From assembly GCA_019057635.1 (NCBI GenBank), contig DXJL01000066.1, positions 7,541-71,540 of the forward strand: a stretch of 64,000 nucleotides of DNA, given 5' to 3'. A program made the position numbers and the translations under genes. Below are positions 1 to 9,939 of this stretch, in pieces. The DNA comes from Candidatus Heimdallarchaeota archaeon. Its GTDB lineage: Archaea; Asgardarchaeota; Heimdallarchaeia; Hodarchaeales; Hodarchaeaceae. The notes below the pieces were generated by a model. That model saw nothing but the letters and a program-made list of their open reading frames with translations. It searched no databases and was not told the DNA's origin. Numbering within the stretch: the first letter of the stretch is position 1; every line of letters starts with the position of its first letter.

Positions 1-1799
1 CACTTGAAACTTTTACAATAATTAGGAATGCTAGAAGAACTAATAAACTATATCATGAAATCAATCTTGCTTATTTCGAGGAAAATCATGTTATTTCAAT
101 CAATACAGATGAAGGACGTGTACGTAGACCACTTATTATCCTTGATCCTTCTGAAAAATCTGATCAACCCTCAGTTCCGAGACTGAAAATGGGCCACATT
201 GAGAAGTTAAGGAAGGGAGATATTAAATTTTCAGATTTGTTGAGAGAAGGTGTACTAGAATTCCTTGATGCAGAGGAAGAAGAAAATTCTTATATTGCCA
301 TGACGTTAGATGATATCGAATCTAATCATACTCATGTAGAAATTTCTCCATCAGCAATTTTAGGTATATGTGCTTCAATTATTCCTTATGCAGAACATAA
401 TCAATCTCCCCGTAATACATATGAAGCGGGAATGACAAAGCAAGCTCTAGGATTATATGCTTCAAACTTCTATTTCCGAACAGATCGTCGGGCTCATATC
501 TTACAAGCTCCCCAAATTCCTTTAGTTGGTAGTAAACCTATGGAAGTTATTGGATTCAACGATCGACCTGCTGGACAGAATTTTATAGTAGCTATTCTTA
601 GTTTTCAAGGTTATAATATTGAAGATGCTATTATTTTAAATCGTGCCAGTGTCCAAAGAGGACTAGCACGTAGTCATTTCTTCCGTTCTTATGTCGGCGA
701 GGAGAAGAAATATTTAGGGGGTCAAGAAGACAGGTTTGAAATCCCACAGAAGGGTGTCCGAGGGTATCGTGCAAAAGAAGTCTATCGTCATTTAAGTGAG
801 GTAGATGGAATCATTGAACCTGAAATAGAAGTTGGAGGAGGAGATATTTTAGTTGGGCGAACTTCCAGACCACGATTCTTAGAAGAATATATAGAACTTG
901 ATTCATTTGAGTCAGCAACTCCCCAGCGAAGAGAGACAAGTCTTGCTATTCGTCATGGAGAGAAAGGTATTGTGGATTCTGTAATATTAACGGAAACTTC
1001 TGAAGGAAGTACACTTGTCAAAATTAAAGTTCGTGATCAACGAGTACCTGAATTAGGTGACAAATTTGCATCGCGTCACGGTCAAAAAGGAATAATTGGG
1101 AATGTTGTTCCACAGAGTGATATGCCCTTTACAGAAGAAGGTATTGTACCAGATTTAATCATTAATCCACATGCCATTCCAAGTCGTATGACTGTTGGGC
1201 AAATTATTGAATGTATGAGTGCGATTGTTGCTTGTTACGAAGGAAAACAAATTGATGCCACCCTATTTGAATCCCCAGATCCAGAAGATATTGGAGATAG
1301 ATTACGAAAATTAGGATTTCATCCCTACGCAGAATCGATTATGTATGATGGTATGACAGGACAGAAACTTCCCTCACGAATCTTCATCGGACCAACTTAT
1401 TATCAGAAGTTACATCATCTAGTTTCTGATAAGATTCATGCACGGGCACGTGGTCCCATTCAAATCCTCACTCGTCAGCCTACAGAGGGACGTGCGCGAG
1501 AAGGAGGGCTTAGATTTGGAGAAATGGAACGTGATTGTTTGATTGGGCACGGAGCGGCATTATTATTAAAAGAACGATTACTTGAGGAGTCTGATAAAAC
1601 AGAGATCTTTATATGTGAGACCTGTGGTGTCATCGCTACTTGGGATCGTAAAAAGGATCAAACTTATTGCAGTATTTGTGGAAATGTAGATACTGGGATT
1701 TATAAAATTGCAATATCTTATGCTTTTAAATTGCTGTTGCAGGAATTAATGGCTCTGACAATAAAGCCTCAAATTGTTTTAGCAGATAGTACGTATTAA
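1..1799 (+). CDS. rpoB: DNA-directed RNA polymerase subunit B, C-terminal part (5' end cut by window edge)
   Basis: Frame 3 is open from nt 3, upstream of the listed ATG at 189. Has the Rpb2 signature ELGDKFASRHGQKG and a C-terminal Zn ribbon CETCG...CSICG. Confidence 0.95.
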   Translation, partial: LETFTIIRNARRTNKLYHEINLAYFEENHVISINTDEGRVRRPLIILDPSEKSDQPSVPRLKMGHIEKLRKGDIKFSDLLREGVLEFLDAEEEENSYIAMTLDDIESNHTHVEISPSAILGICASIIPYAEHNQSPRNTYEAGMTKQALGLYASNFYFRTDRRAHILQAPQIPLVGSKPMEVIGFNDRPAGQNFIVAILSFQGYNIEDAIILNRASVQRGLARSHFFRSYVGEEKKYLGGQEDRFEIPQKGVRGYRAKEVYRHLSEVDGIIEPEIEVGGGDILVGRTSRPRFLEEYIELDSFESATPQRRETSLAIRHGEKGIVDSVILTETSEGSTLVKIKVRDQRVPELGDKFASRHGQKGIIGNVVPQSDMPFTEEGIVPDLIINPHAIPSRMTVGQIIECMSAIVACYEGKQIDATLFESPDPEDIGDRLRKLGFHPYAESIMYDGMTGQKLPSRIFIGPTYYQKLHHLVSDKIHARARGPIQILTRQPTEGRAREGGLRFGEMERDCLIGHGAALLLKERLLEESDKTEIFICETCGVIATWDRKKDQTYCSICGNVDTGIYKIAISYAFKLLLQELMALTIKPQIVLADSTY

Positions 1800-1813
1800 T
1801 TAAGGTGGTAATT

Positions 1814-2011
1814 ATGGGAATCGATAGTAGTAGAATGGGTTCGGCAAGTTTTTACAAAAGGGCGCTGCGAATACTGAGGATTGCTAAAAAGCCTGATCGG
1901 TCAGAAGTATCGCTAGTTATTAAAATAACAGTCGCTGGAATGGCGATATTAGGGTTTATCGCATTTGTCATTCGTTTTATTATATTTGTATTGCTTGGCC
2001 GTGAATTATAG
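1814..2011 (+). CDS. secE: Preprotein translocase subunit SecE / Sec61-gamma
   Basis: Short basic N-terminus plus a single C-terminal TM (VAGMAILGFIAFVIRFIIFVLL). Lies directly before spt5, as in the conserved secE-nusG pair. ATG 1814 is preceded by AAGGTGG. Confidence 0.8.
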   Translation: MGIDSSRMGSASFYKRALRILRIAKKPDRSEVSLVIKITVAGMAILGFIAFVIRFIIFVLLGREL

Positions 2012-2058
2012 AGAAATCTGGTTTTGAACTCATTTTAATGTGAAATTATGTGGTTAGA

Positions 2059-2532
2059 ATGCTAGAAAAATATGGTATATATTGTTATAAGGTGAAAAAA
2101 GGCCAAGAGTTCAATGCCGCAGAATCATTAGCACAATATGCTGATGTTCATCGTTTCGATATAAATACAGTTCTTGTTACTGAGATTCAAGGGTACCTGT
2201 TCATTGAGGGGAATATTCAAGACATTTTAAAAGCAGTTGATAATGTTCATTATGTCAGTAAACAGTTGGGTCGTGTTCCAATTTCTGAATTAGAAAATCA
2301 GTTGGTTCCTACTCCAGTAATAGAAGGATTAAAACCAGGAGATATAGTCGAAATCACAGAAGGGCCCTTCAAAGGGAGTCAAGCGCGAATTTCTTCTATT
2401 TATCAAGCTCGTGAGGAGATTACAGTTGATTTATTAACCAGTAGTGTTACAATTCCAATAGTACTTCATGCTGATTCTGTAAAATTAATCCAACCGAGTG
2501 AAGAAGAGGACGAGACTGAACTTGAGTTATAA
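2059..2532 (+). CDS. spt5: Transcription elongation factor Spt5 (archaeal NusG)
   Basis: NGN-like N-terminus followed by KOW motif GDIVEITEGPFKGSQARI. Position after secE fits. Confidence 0.9.
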   Translation: MLEKYGIYCYKVKKGQEFNAAESLAQYADVHRFDINTVLVTEIQGYLFIEGNIQDILKAVDNVHYVSKQLGRVPISELENQLVPTPVIEGLKPGDIVEITEGPFKGSQARISSIYQAREEITVDLLTSSVTIPIVLHADSVKLIQPSEEEDETELEL

Positions 2533-2660
2533 CTGTGTCTAACTACTAGAGCCTAACTTATTAATCGTGAATAAAGGAAGCCTAGACGAAGAAGACATTC
2601 TGCAGGAGTCTCGATACTTCGAGTTCTAACTGCTAAATTAGCGAAAGTGTGTTGAATATT

Positions 2661-3581
2661 ATGGCTATCTCAATAACAAAAACAAAAAGCGGGTTGACTA
2701 GAAAAGAAGCCCAAATTGAGACTATTAAAAAATTAACAGAAGAGAATTCGGTCATAGGTATTGCTGATTTGAGTGGAATAAGTTCTAAAGCTATTCAGGG
2801 AATAAGAACCTCTTTAAGATCAGGAGAGGTTAATGCAACACTTAAAGTGGCAAAAAATACTTTGAAAACAATTGCTTTGGAAAAACTTCAAGCAAAAACA
2901 AGTAAAAAAGCTGTAGATCAATTTCTCTCTCATATCAATGGTTCTTGTGCGTTAATTTTTTCTAATGAGAGTCCTTTTAAACTACAGCGCTTTTTAAGTA
3001 AAAACTCTGTTCCTGCTCCTGCGAAAGCGGGCCAAATATCTCCTGTAGAAGTATTAATCCCCGAAGGAGTAACTAATCTCGATCCAGGACCAATTATCAG
3101 TGAACTAGGATCGATTGGATTAAAAACAAGAATTGAAAAAGGTAAAATACGAATCACAAAGACAGCCAAAGTTCTTTCTGTTGGAGATACCGTATCTGAA
3201 ACTCATGCAGCTGTGCTTACAAGGCTTGGTATTCAACCATTCAGCGTAAACTTGCGAATAAGTCAAGTAATCGAGGGCGATGAAGTAATCGATGGGAGCA
3301 TCCTTGAAGTTGACGAGGATCAAATCATTTCCGATCTACAACAAGCCTACATGAATGCAATGGCGTTAGCGATTGATTCACGTGTGAATTATTATTCAGA
3401 AGAATCTATTCCGATTTTATTAGGGAATGCGGTACGTCAAGCTTTTGGATTATCTATTGAGTCAAATTATCTAACCAAAGACAATCTCAATGCTCTACTT
3501 GCAAAAACAAAAGCTCAAGCAGATACTTTGAAAGAAAAAGTCTCTGATAAGGATTCAAAAATCGAATTCAAAGATTACTAA
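2661..3581 (+). CDS. rpl10: Ribosomal stalk protein uL10 (P0)
   Basis: uL10 N-terminal domain (ATLKVAKNTLKTIALEK), archaeal/eukaryotic insertion domain and helical spine. Ends ...KIEFKDY with no acidic/hydrophobic tail. ATG at 2661. Confidence 0.9.
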   Translation: MAISITKTKSGLTRKEAQIETIKKLTEENSVIGIADLSGISSKAIQGIRTSLRSGEVNATLKVAKNTLKTIALEKLQAKTSKKAVDQFLSHINGSCALIFSNESPFKLQRFLSKNSVPAPAKAGQISPVEVLIPEGVTNLDPGPIISELGSIGLKTRIEKGKIRITKTAKVLSVGDTVSETHAAVLTRLGIQPFSVNLRISQVIEGDEVIDGSILEVDEDQIISDLQQAYMNAMALAIDSRVNYYSEESIPILLGNAVRQAFGLSIESNYLTKDNLNALLAKTKAQADTLKEKVSDKDSKIEFKDY

Positions 3582-3613
3582 ATGTCTTAGTACTTTTATG
3601 AACAGCTTGAAAA

Positions 3614-4537
3614 TTATTTCAAGATTTTCCGTACGAAGGCTTCTGGGTCAAATTTCTCTAAATCTGTATATTTCTGTCCAGTCCCAATATATAAGATTGG
3701 TACACCAGAAGTAGCATGCGTTACTGAGATTAAAGCCCCTCCCCTTGCATCAGCATCCATTTTAGATAATATAACTCCATCTAAAGTAATAGCTTTGTGG
3801 AAATCTGCGGCTTGTTTTGTTGCATCATTACCAGCAAGGGCATCAACAACTAAAATGATATAATCTGGATCACTGACACGTTTTATCTTCCTCATTTCTT
3901 CCATTAAATCTTTATTAATGGCCATTCGTCCAGAAGTATCGATTATGACCACATCTGCATATTTTGATTTTGCATGTGCTATAGCGTCATATGCGACCGC
4001 AGCTGAATCACTCCCGTAATCTCCAGATATTATCTTAACACCTACCTTATCAGCATGTATTTTTAACTGTTCTTGGGCACCAGATCGAAATGTATCGCTT
4101 GCAGCAAGAATAACACGCATTTTTTTCTTTTTTAATAAGTATGCTAATTTCGCTATTGTAGTTGTTTTGCCAGTTCCATTTATCCCCAATAATAAAATTA
4201 CAATTGGATCTTTCGTCAGAGATTGTTCCGTCTCTTTTCGTTTCTCAACTATCTCATTTATTAAATCGATTGATCTTGTAGGAGAAATGATCTTAATTAA
4301 AGTTGGTTCTGCAAACTCAAGAAGTAATTTTGAAAGGTCACTAAATCTGCGTGCCCTTTTCCCCATCATTTTCTTAGCTAAATCTGTTGCTATTGCATCA
4401 GCAACTTCAATTGACACATCATTAGTAATTAATAAGCGTTTAAAATCTCTAATTGCTCGCTGCACATTTTTTTCCGAGATTTCATAGGAAGAGAGTTTCT
4501 TTTTGAGTGATCCCACCCCTTTCTTAAGCGAAGACAT
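3614..4537 (-). CDS. ftsY: Signal recognition particle receptor FtsY
   Basis: SRP-GTPase motifs GINGTGKTTTIAKLA, IDTSGR and SKMDADARGG. Conserved neighbour of pfdA. Confidence 0.95.
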   Translation of the reverse strand: MSSLKKGVGSLKKKLSSYEISEKNVQRAIRDFKRLLITNDVSIEVADAIATDLAKKMMGKRARRFSDLSKLLLEFAEPTLIKIISPTRSIDLINEIVEKRKETEQSLTKDPIVILLLGINGTGKTTTIAKLAYLLKKKKMRVILAASDTFRSGAQEQLKIHADKVGVKIISGDYGSDSAAVAYDAIAHAKSKYADVVIIDTSGRMAINKDLMEEMRKIKRVSDPDYIILVVDALAGNDATKQAADFHKAITLDGVILSKMDADARGGALISVTHATSGVPILYIGTGQKYTDLEKFDPEAFVRKILK

Positions 4538-4594
4538 CTCTACATCATCCTACATGCAGCACGTGAATTAAAACGTTCAACAACATTCTTTTTC

Positions 4595-5047
4595 TCAGCT
4601 AAGGATTTGATAGTCCTGTGCAATTTTCACCAATTCTGTTCTCTTGATGTTTAACATCTGAGAAAATTGATTGAACTGCTCTCTTAATTGTTTCATATTA
4701 GAATTCAGACTACTTAATTGTTCTTTATTTCTGCTTATTGCTTCCTTTAAGGTTGTTTGTCTGCTGATTCCAGATCCCAGTGAGATATAGACCTTTTCTG
4801 GGTCTTTGACCGAACAACGAATATAATTTGACCCTCCAATTGGTATTAGAATATCATCTCCACTTTTTTTTCCTTCTAGTTCTTCTTGAGTAAGAATCGA
4901 ACCGTCTACTGAGTTCATTGCTCTGTTAATGAGGGATATTTGTTGTTCTATGGCATTGATACTTAGTTGGAGCTGTTCTATCTCAGCTTGAAGTACTTGA
5001 ACTCGTTGTAAGATTCCTGGAGGCAAATTGGGGGTCGCCATTCTCAT
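4595..5047 (-). CDS. pfdA: Prefoldin alpha subunit
   Basis: 150-aa coiled-coil/beta-hairpin/coiled-coil layout. Sits in the conserved eL39-eL31-aIF6-LX-pfdA-ftsY archaeal cluster. 4-nt overlap with the upstream gene. Confidence 0.85.
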   Translation of the reverse strand: MRMATPNLPPGILQRVQVLQAEIEQLQLSINAIEQQISLINRAMNSVDGSILTQEELEGKKSGDDILIPIGGSNYIRCSVKDPEKVYISLGSGISRQTTLKEAISRNKEQLSSLNSNMKQLREQFNQFSQMLNIKRTELVKIAQDYQILS

Positions 5048-5310
5048 TCCTCAACAGGGATGGTGAAATCACTATTGACGATTTTTTCGATTAATGGATC
5101 TTTAATTTCATCTTTTGTGATTTCTACAATGGACTGGATTTTGATTTGGTTTCTTTTGAGACGGTTTTTACTACCAAATTGAGAAAACAGCTTATCTGTT
5201 GCGTTTCTTTGTGTTAAAGCTAAGTATTCTTTGGAAAATGGTGTAGTTTCCCGTCTCTGTTTAAAATATCCAGAAATTCGGAATATTTTCACAGATTTTT
5301 CATTTGACAT
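5044..5310 (-). CDS. rpl18a: Ribosomal protein eL20 (LX / L18Ae)
   Basis: KIFRISGYFKQRRETTPFSKEY... matches the archaeal LX pattern, and the position in the cluster fits. Confidence 0.85.
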   Translation of the reverse strand: MSNEKSVKIFRISGYFKQRRETTPFSKEYLALTQRNATDKLFSQFGSKNRLKRNQIKIQSIVEITKDEIKDPLIEKIVNSDFTIPVEE

Positions 5311-5387
5311 TTTTGGACACCTCTATTATTTTTTGATTTGTGCTATAATTCTACTTCTTAATCATGTTAACTTTATTATTTTCGATT

Positions 5388-6041
5388 TTATGATGAGAAA
5401 CATCGTGTTATTTCCATGATTTCGATACCCGTTGTTTCTCGTCCAATTAGCATACCTTTGGAGTTTCCAATAATTCCAGAGGCGATAAATTCTGATCCTT
5501 TATTGACGCTTCCTACCCCAATCTCATGGAGATTTAGAAGATTTTTAATCTCTTTTACTTCCTCTTCATTAGCGAGTGGAGTGATTAAACCTCCATAGTT
5601 TGTAATATACCCCAAACTTCCGACTAAATCCGAATTTGCTATTGTTTTCAACGTAAGAGGAACTTTTAAGATTCGTTGGATGTTTTCACGAATTGAGGGG
5701 GGAACAATTGGTGAAATTAATCCGCTGTAATCATTTGCTAAAACTACATTACCAAACGCGAAAAATTCTGGAGCCTGATAAACAGGAAGGTCTGTAGATT
5801 CGATTTGGTCTACAACTTCTTTAGTAATTACATTAGAAATTATGAAACCATTAGAGTTCCCTACAACTAAAGAGCCTATAATCCTTTCAGCCAGTCTAAT
5901 AACTTTTACTTTCATTGTAGATCCTATAAGCCTGACTAGTGTGTCTGGTGTTTCAATAGGAACTAATGCATAGTTCTCTGTACAAAGAATAGAAACACCT
6001 ATATGGATATTGCCGTTTAAGTCCGCAAATTCAATTTCCAA
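5388..6041 (-). CDS. eif6: Translation initiation factor 6 (aIF6)
   Basis: Five-fold pseudo-repeat (G.l.v.N..G..v) typical of eIF6. Conserved cluster position. Confidence 0.9.
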   Translation of the reverse strand: MEIEFADLNGNIHIGVSILCTENYALVPIETPDTLVRLIGSTMKVKVIRLAERIIGSLVVGNSNGFIISNVITKEVVDQIESTDLPVYQAPEFFAFGNVVLANDYSGLISPIVPPSIRENIQRILKVPLTLKTIANSDLVGSLGYITNYGGLITPLANEEEVKEIKNLLNLHEIGVGSVNKGSEFIASGIIGNSKGMLIGRETTGIEIMEITRCFSS

Positions 6042-6103
6042 TACCTAACCACCTACAATTTTCGATATGTTTTCGAGTCTCTATACCAGAGAAACTCAAG
6101 TTA

Positions 6104-6385
6104 TCATGCAAGGAAGACTGTAACTATATCATCTTCTGTTTTTACTACACGTACACGTATTCTTCGTGGTGGGTGTTGGATTCCTCTTGTCCACATCAAT
6201 TCATTGACTTCAGCGGTAATGATAACATTTTCACTTCTAAGATGACGCTGAATAAATGCCTTAAGGTGACGCATTGCCCTTGGGGTTCTCTTCTTACGCG
6301 GGATTTTTCGCCCATATACCACCTTACTAAATGGTACGGTGTAAATCCTTTCCTCTATTATGGAATCTGCTGATGTATCACTCAT
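6104..6385 (-). CDS. rpl31e: Ribosomal protein eL31
   Basis: ERIYTVPF...RKKRTPRAMRHLKAFIQRH...VWTRG-type eL31 signature. Confidence 0.92.
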   Translation of the reverse strand: MSDTSADSIIEERIYTVPFSKVVYGRKIPRKKRTPRAMRHLKAFIQRHLRSENVIITAEVNELMWTRGIQHPPRRIRVRVVKTEDDIVTVFLA

Positions 6386-6396
6386 TTTGTTTCACC

Positions 6397-6552
6397 TTAT
6401 GGTTTGATTTTTGTAGTACGCCACCGTCTCTTCTTAGGGTGATTTGTAAAACGGCGAGAAGTTTTCATGATTACCCAAGTTGGAACACTCTGGTTTTCTC
6501 TCCCTTTTTTTCCCAGTCGGATTTTTTTAGGGAACGGTTTATTTCGTGCCAT
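6397..6552 (-). CDS. rpl39e: Ribosomal protein eL39 (not in the supplied ORF track, 51 aa)
   Basis: Hand translation of the minus strand gives [51 protein letters not shown]. This is a classic eL39 sequence in the expected slot next to eL31. Confidence 0.93.
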   Translation of the reverse strand: MARNKPFPKKIRLGKKGRENQSVPTWVIMKTSRRFTNHPKKRRWRTTKIKP

Positions 6553-6564
6553 TTTTCTTACTCC

Positions 6565-7224
6565 TTACGCCTTATCCACTTTTGTGGAAGGACCCATTGT
6601 TGTTTTTATGGTTACTGTTTTGATCTGTGTCGTTCCTTTTGGCAATTTACTTGTAAGCGTTTGGATAATCGCATTGGCGTTTTCAGTTAACATTTTATTA
6701 TCTAAATCTGCTTTCCCTATTTTTGCATTGATAACTGGGGTAGATTTTAAACGTAGTTTTACTGTTCTACCATATCGTTCCACAAACTTATCGATATCTA
6801 CTTTTGGGGGTATAGGTTTTGGCATTTTACCTCTTGGTCCAAGAATTTTTCCTAAAAATCTCGCTACAACACCCATTAGTGGTGGTTCAGCAAGAAAAAA
6901 CGCATACTGATTAGCGAATTTCTTCGCTTGTTTAGGTTCCTTTGATAACTGTTCTATTTCCTTTCGACCTAAGGTATGTAATCCTGATTCTTTAGATTTT
7001 GTTGCGAGGTCTCCCTCAGCAAAGACGGCAACACTAATGTTACCTCCCAAATCGTTAGGAACCAAGGTCTCCATATTTATTCGGTTCGTAGGATTTTTTA
7101 AGTCAATATCACGCAAGCCTACTGAAATTTCAACGGTCTCAGTAAATTTCCGTTGTTTTCTTCGCTCACTTAGAGTCTTGGCTTTGGATATTGCTTCTTC
7201 CAATTGATTTGGTGCATAAGACAT
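6565..7224 (-). CDS. rpl1: Ribosomal protein uL1
   Basis: FTETVEISVGL...LGPRGKMPKPIPP motif. Confidence 0.93.
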   Translation of the reverse strand: MSYAPNQLEEAISKAKTLSERRKQRKFTETVEISVGLRDIDLKNPTNRINMETLVPNDLGGNISVAVFAEGDLATKSKESGLHTLGRKEIEQLSKEPKQAKKFANQYAFFLAEPPLMGVVARFLGKILGPRGKMPKPIPPKVDIDKFVERYGRTVKLRLKSTPVINAKIGKADLDNKMLTENANAIIQTLTSKLPKGTTQIKTVTIKTTMGPSTKVDKA

Positions 7225-7568
7225 AATTAAATCCCTTCAGATTATTTTTCTGGTTTTTATTTGATTTTTTAGACTGCTTCTAGGATTTTTCGACTTATTT
7301 TTTGTATGTTTTGCGGTCTTTGTCCCTCTTTTGTAAACGAGAAACCAAGTAATATTTATAAAAAATTGTGTGTTCTTTAGATGCTTATGCTATCTTTTAG
7401 TGAATCTCTCAGTTTAATTAAATAAGAGCCGAGTCAATTATATCAGAAGGGAGAGTATCAAAATAACAAATCTTAATTTGTCAATCAAATCTCCCGTATA
7501 TATCAAGCATATCAATCAATTTCGAAGACATAGGCTTTTTTTCGATTAAAATCAAACTTGTGAGCAAA

Positions 7569-8039
7569 ATGGCAAAAACAGTTGAAGCATTAATTGATGC
7601 AGGGCAAGCCACCCCTGGTCCACCACTTGGTCCAGCTCTCGGCCCTCTTGGTGTAAATATCAAGGCAGTTATCGATGAAATTAACAAAAAAACTCAAGAA
7701 TTTAAGGGTATGAAAGTTCCAATCGTTATTGAAGTAGACGATAAACGAAATTTTACCATTACTGTCGGAGTCCCCCCAACATCTTCTTTACTATTAAGTG
7801 AGGCTGGAGTGGAGAAAGGGAGTGGAACACCCAATTCTGAAAAGGTTGGTAATTTAAAATTTGACCAATGTGTTAAAGTTGCTAAAATGAAACAGAATGC
7901 AATGTTAGCCGTTGATTTACGTGCTGCTGTTAAAGAAGTTGTAGGGACATGTGTTTCGATTGGTTTAACTGTAGATGATTCAGAGCCCAAGAAAGTCATA
8001 GAAGATATTAATTCAGGTTCCTATGATCATTTTTTTTGA
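7569..8039 (+). CDS. rpl11: Ribosomal protein uL11
   Basis: GQATPGPPLGPALGPLGVNI signature. ATG 7569 is more likely than the GTG at 7560. Confidence 0.95.
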   Translation: MAKTVEALIDAGQATPGPPLGPALGPLGVNIKAVIDEINKKTQEFKGMKVPIVIEVDDKRNFTITVGVPPTSSLLLSEAGVEKGSGTPNSEKVGNLKFDQCVKVAKMKQNAMLAVDLRAAVKEVVGTCVSIGLTVDDSEPKKVIEDINSGSYDHFF

Positions 8040-8045
8040 GAAAAA

Positions 8046-9230
8046 ATGACTGAACCCGCTCCACTTGAGGAACAAGTTGGAATTAAAGGTCATAATTTAA
8101 CATTTGCTGGTGTTGGGGGAATAATCAAGCTTCTTCCAGAAGATTTTCTTGTACACGAAATTCTTCCAAATGGAGAGATTCTTTACACAGGAGATGAAAT
8201 CGGAAAGGATGTCGGGGGGATGTATGTTCATTTTGTCTTGTGGAAACGAGGATTAGATACAAATTCAGCATTAAAGAGAATTAGTAAAATCTGTCATCAC
8301 AATGAAAAGGACTTTGGTTATGCGGGATTAAAAGACGCGCATGCAGAAACTATTCAGAGGATATCCGTCTGGTCTGGCCAAAAGGAATGCTTAGGTGACA
8401 TAAATCTCCCTAATTTAAAAATTCTAAATCCCATTAGACAAAAATTTGGAATTTCTATTGGTGATCTTGTCGGAAATCGTTTTCAAGTACGGATTCGCAA
8501 CACTCAGAGAAATGTGAATCACTCAGAATGGAAAACTGTTTGTTCAGAATCAGAATCAAATGGATTCTTGAATTTTTATGGTCTTCAGCGATTTGGTTCG
8601 AAAAGACCTATACTTCACAAGTTTGGTCGCTATTTACTCCAAGAAAAATACTCCCTTGCCATAGATTCATATCTAGGTACAGAATCCAAGTTCGAGAATG
8701 AAAAGATTTCAAACCTTCGAAAGATGTATGTTAAGAAAGAATCACTAGCCGAGATATACGCTCTGTTTCCTTACACATATTCATTTGAAAGAAGGATGAT
8801 CTCAGGTTTAATGAAACGTAGTTCTCCAGAGAAAATAATAAGATCTTTCCCGATTTATTTTCTACGTCTGGCTATTTCTGCTTATCAATCATTTATTTTC
8901 AACAGATTATTAAGTAAACTTCATACAAAGAGATATGAACTCTTATCACAATTGAGATTACCAATAATAGGGCATTCTACTAATATGTCAACGTTACCGC
9001 TGGAGATAAAATCCTTATTACAGGATTTTCTCGCATTTGATAACTTAAATTTGAAATCATTTAATCACGAAATAAAAAAATTGAGTTCTAAAGGAAGTGA
9101 AAGAGCAGCTATCGTAAAGCCTTCCGATGTTAAAATCACATCTAATCTTGCGAAAAATGACGATGTCCAGATTCATTTTAGTTTGCCCAAAGGCTCTTAT
9201 GGAACTATGTTCCTAAGAGAAGTGATTTAA
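8046..9230 (+). CDS. truD: tRNA pseudouridine synthase TruD/Pus7 family
   Basis: Catalytic-Asp block YAGLKDAHAETIQ and FLNFYGLQRFG motif. Confidence 0.88.
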   Translation: MTEPAPLEEQVGIKGHNLTFAGVGGIIKLLPEDFLVHEILPNGEILYTGDEIGKDVGGMYVHFVLWKRGLDTNSALKRISKICHHNEKDFGYAGLKDAHAETIQRISVWSGQKECLGDINLPNLKILNPIRQKFGISIGDLVGNRFQVRIRNTQRNVNHSEWKTVCSESESNGFLNFYGLQRFGSKRPILHKFGRYLLQEKYSLAIDSYLGTESKFENEKISNLRKMYVKKESLAEIYALFPYTYSFERRMISGLMKRSSPEKIIRSFPIYFLRLAISAYQSFIFNRLLSKLHTKRYELLSQLRLPIIGHSTNMSTLPLEIKSLLQDFLAFDNLNLKSFNHEIKKLSSKGSERAAIVKPSDVKITSNLAKNDDVQIHFSLPKGSYGTMFLREVI

Positions 9231-9250
9231 AATAATATTTTGAGAAAAGA

Positions 9251-9652
9251 TTATTCAGGATAAAATTTTCCGTCTTTTACTTCCCCATTCAAACTTTTCT
9301 GGGCGATGAGAGTCTCAATAGCTTTTCCTACTGCTTGAGAGGAAATTCCCTGAATCTCTATTTCATCAATGGGGGTTGGTTTTTCAATTAATTTTACTGC
9401 TTGAATGAGTGATTCCTTTTTTGAAGTACCTGAACCCATTTCATCGCCCTTTACCTTTTTAAGAGCTGCACGAACCGAAGCATTACATTCTGGGCATCTA
9501 AATGATCCCATAATCGTAAGGGTAACCCTTCCTTCTTTATCAGGCATTGGGCTTACTAATTGCCATGTTTTTAATGGAGGGGTTTTCACTGGGTCAATTT
9601 CTGTTCCACATTTTTTGCATGAAATCCTCTTCTTCCTTTTTCCTGGGCTCAT
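9251..9652 (-). CDS. Zinc-ribbon protein (CKKCG...CPECN) with a possible C-terminal winged-helix; function unknown
   Basis: Two CxxC pairs in the N-terminal half; helical C-terminal half. Family not recognised. Confidence 0.5.
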   Translation of the reverse strand: MSPGKRKKRISCKKCGTEIDPVKTPPLKTWQLVSPMPDKEGRVTLTIMGSFRCPECNASVRAALKKVKGDEMGSGTSKKESLIQAVKLIEKPTPIDEIEIQGISSQAVGKAIETLIAQKSLNGEVKDGKFYPE

Positions 9653-9699
9653 GTTATTATCACTTCTATCTTTGATTCGCTGGTTATTCCTAAAATTTT

Positions 9700-9918
9700 T
9701 TATAATTCAATCATTTGTATTGAGGATTTCAAGCAGGCCGGGCAAAGCTCTGCACTAAGCGGTCTAGCAACTCGTTTCCCACTTTTTGTTTTGGTTTTTT
9801 TGTTTGTACGCAGCGAAATACCGCAGATTCGACAGTGAGAAGACGATGCAGACTTCTTTGTTTTGTGGGCAACGACTTGTCCGCCTGGAGTTTTCTTCTT
9901 TATGATATTCTTAGTCAT
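9700..9918 (-). CDS. rpl34e: Ribosomal protein eL34
   Basis: TPGGQVVAHKTKK...CRICGISL...RPLSAELCPACL matches the eL34 Zn-ribbon pattern. Adjacent to the DUF106 gene, as in other archaea. Confidence 0.85.
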   Translation of the reverse strand: MTKNIIKKKTPGGQVVAHKTKKSASSSHCRICGISLRTNKKTKTKSGKRVARPLSAELCPACLKSSIQMIEL

Positions 9919-9939
9919 TATATTTCACCTTTTTGATAA

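Noticed and set aside
6173-6910. Three plus-strand ORFs (66, 119 and 147 aa) overlapping eL31, eL39 and uL1
   Set aside because: They are antisense to strongly conserved ribosomal protein genes, and their products are low-complexity or hydrophobic, as is typical of shadow ORFs.
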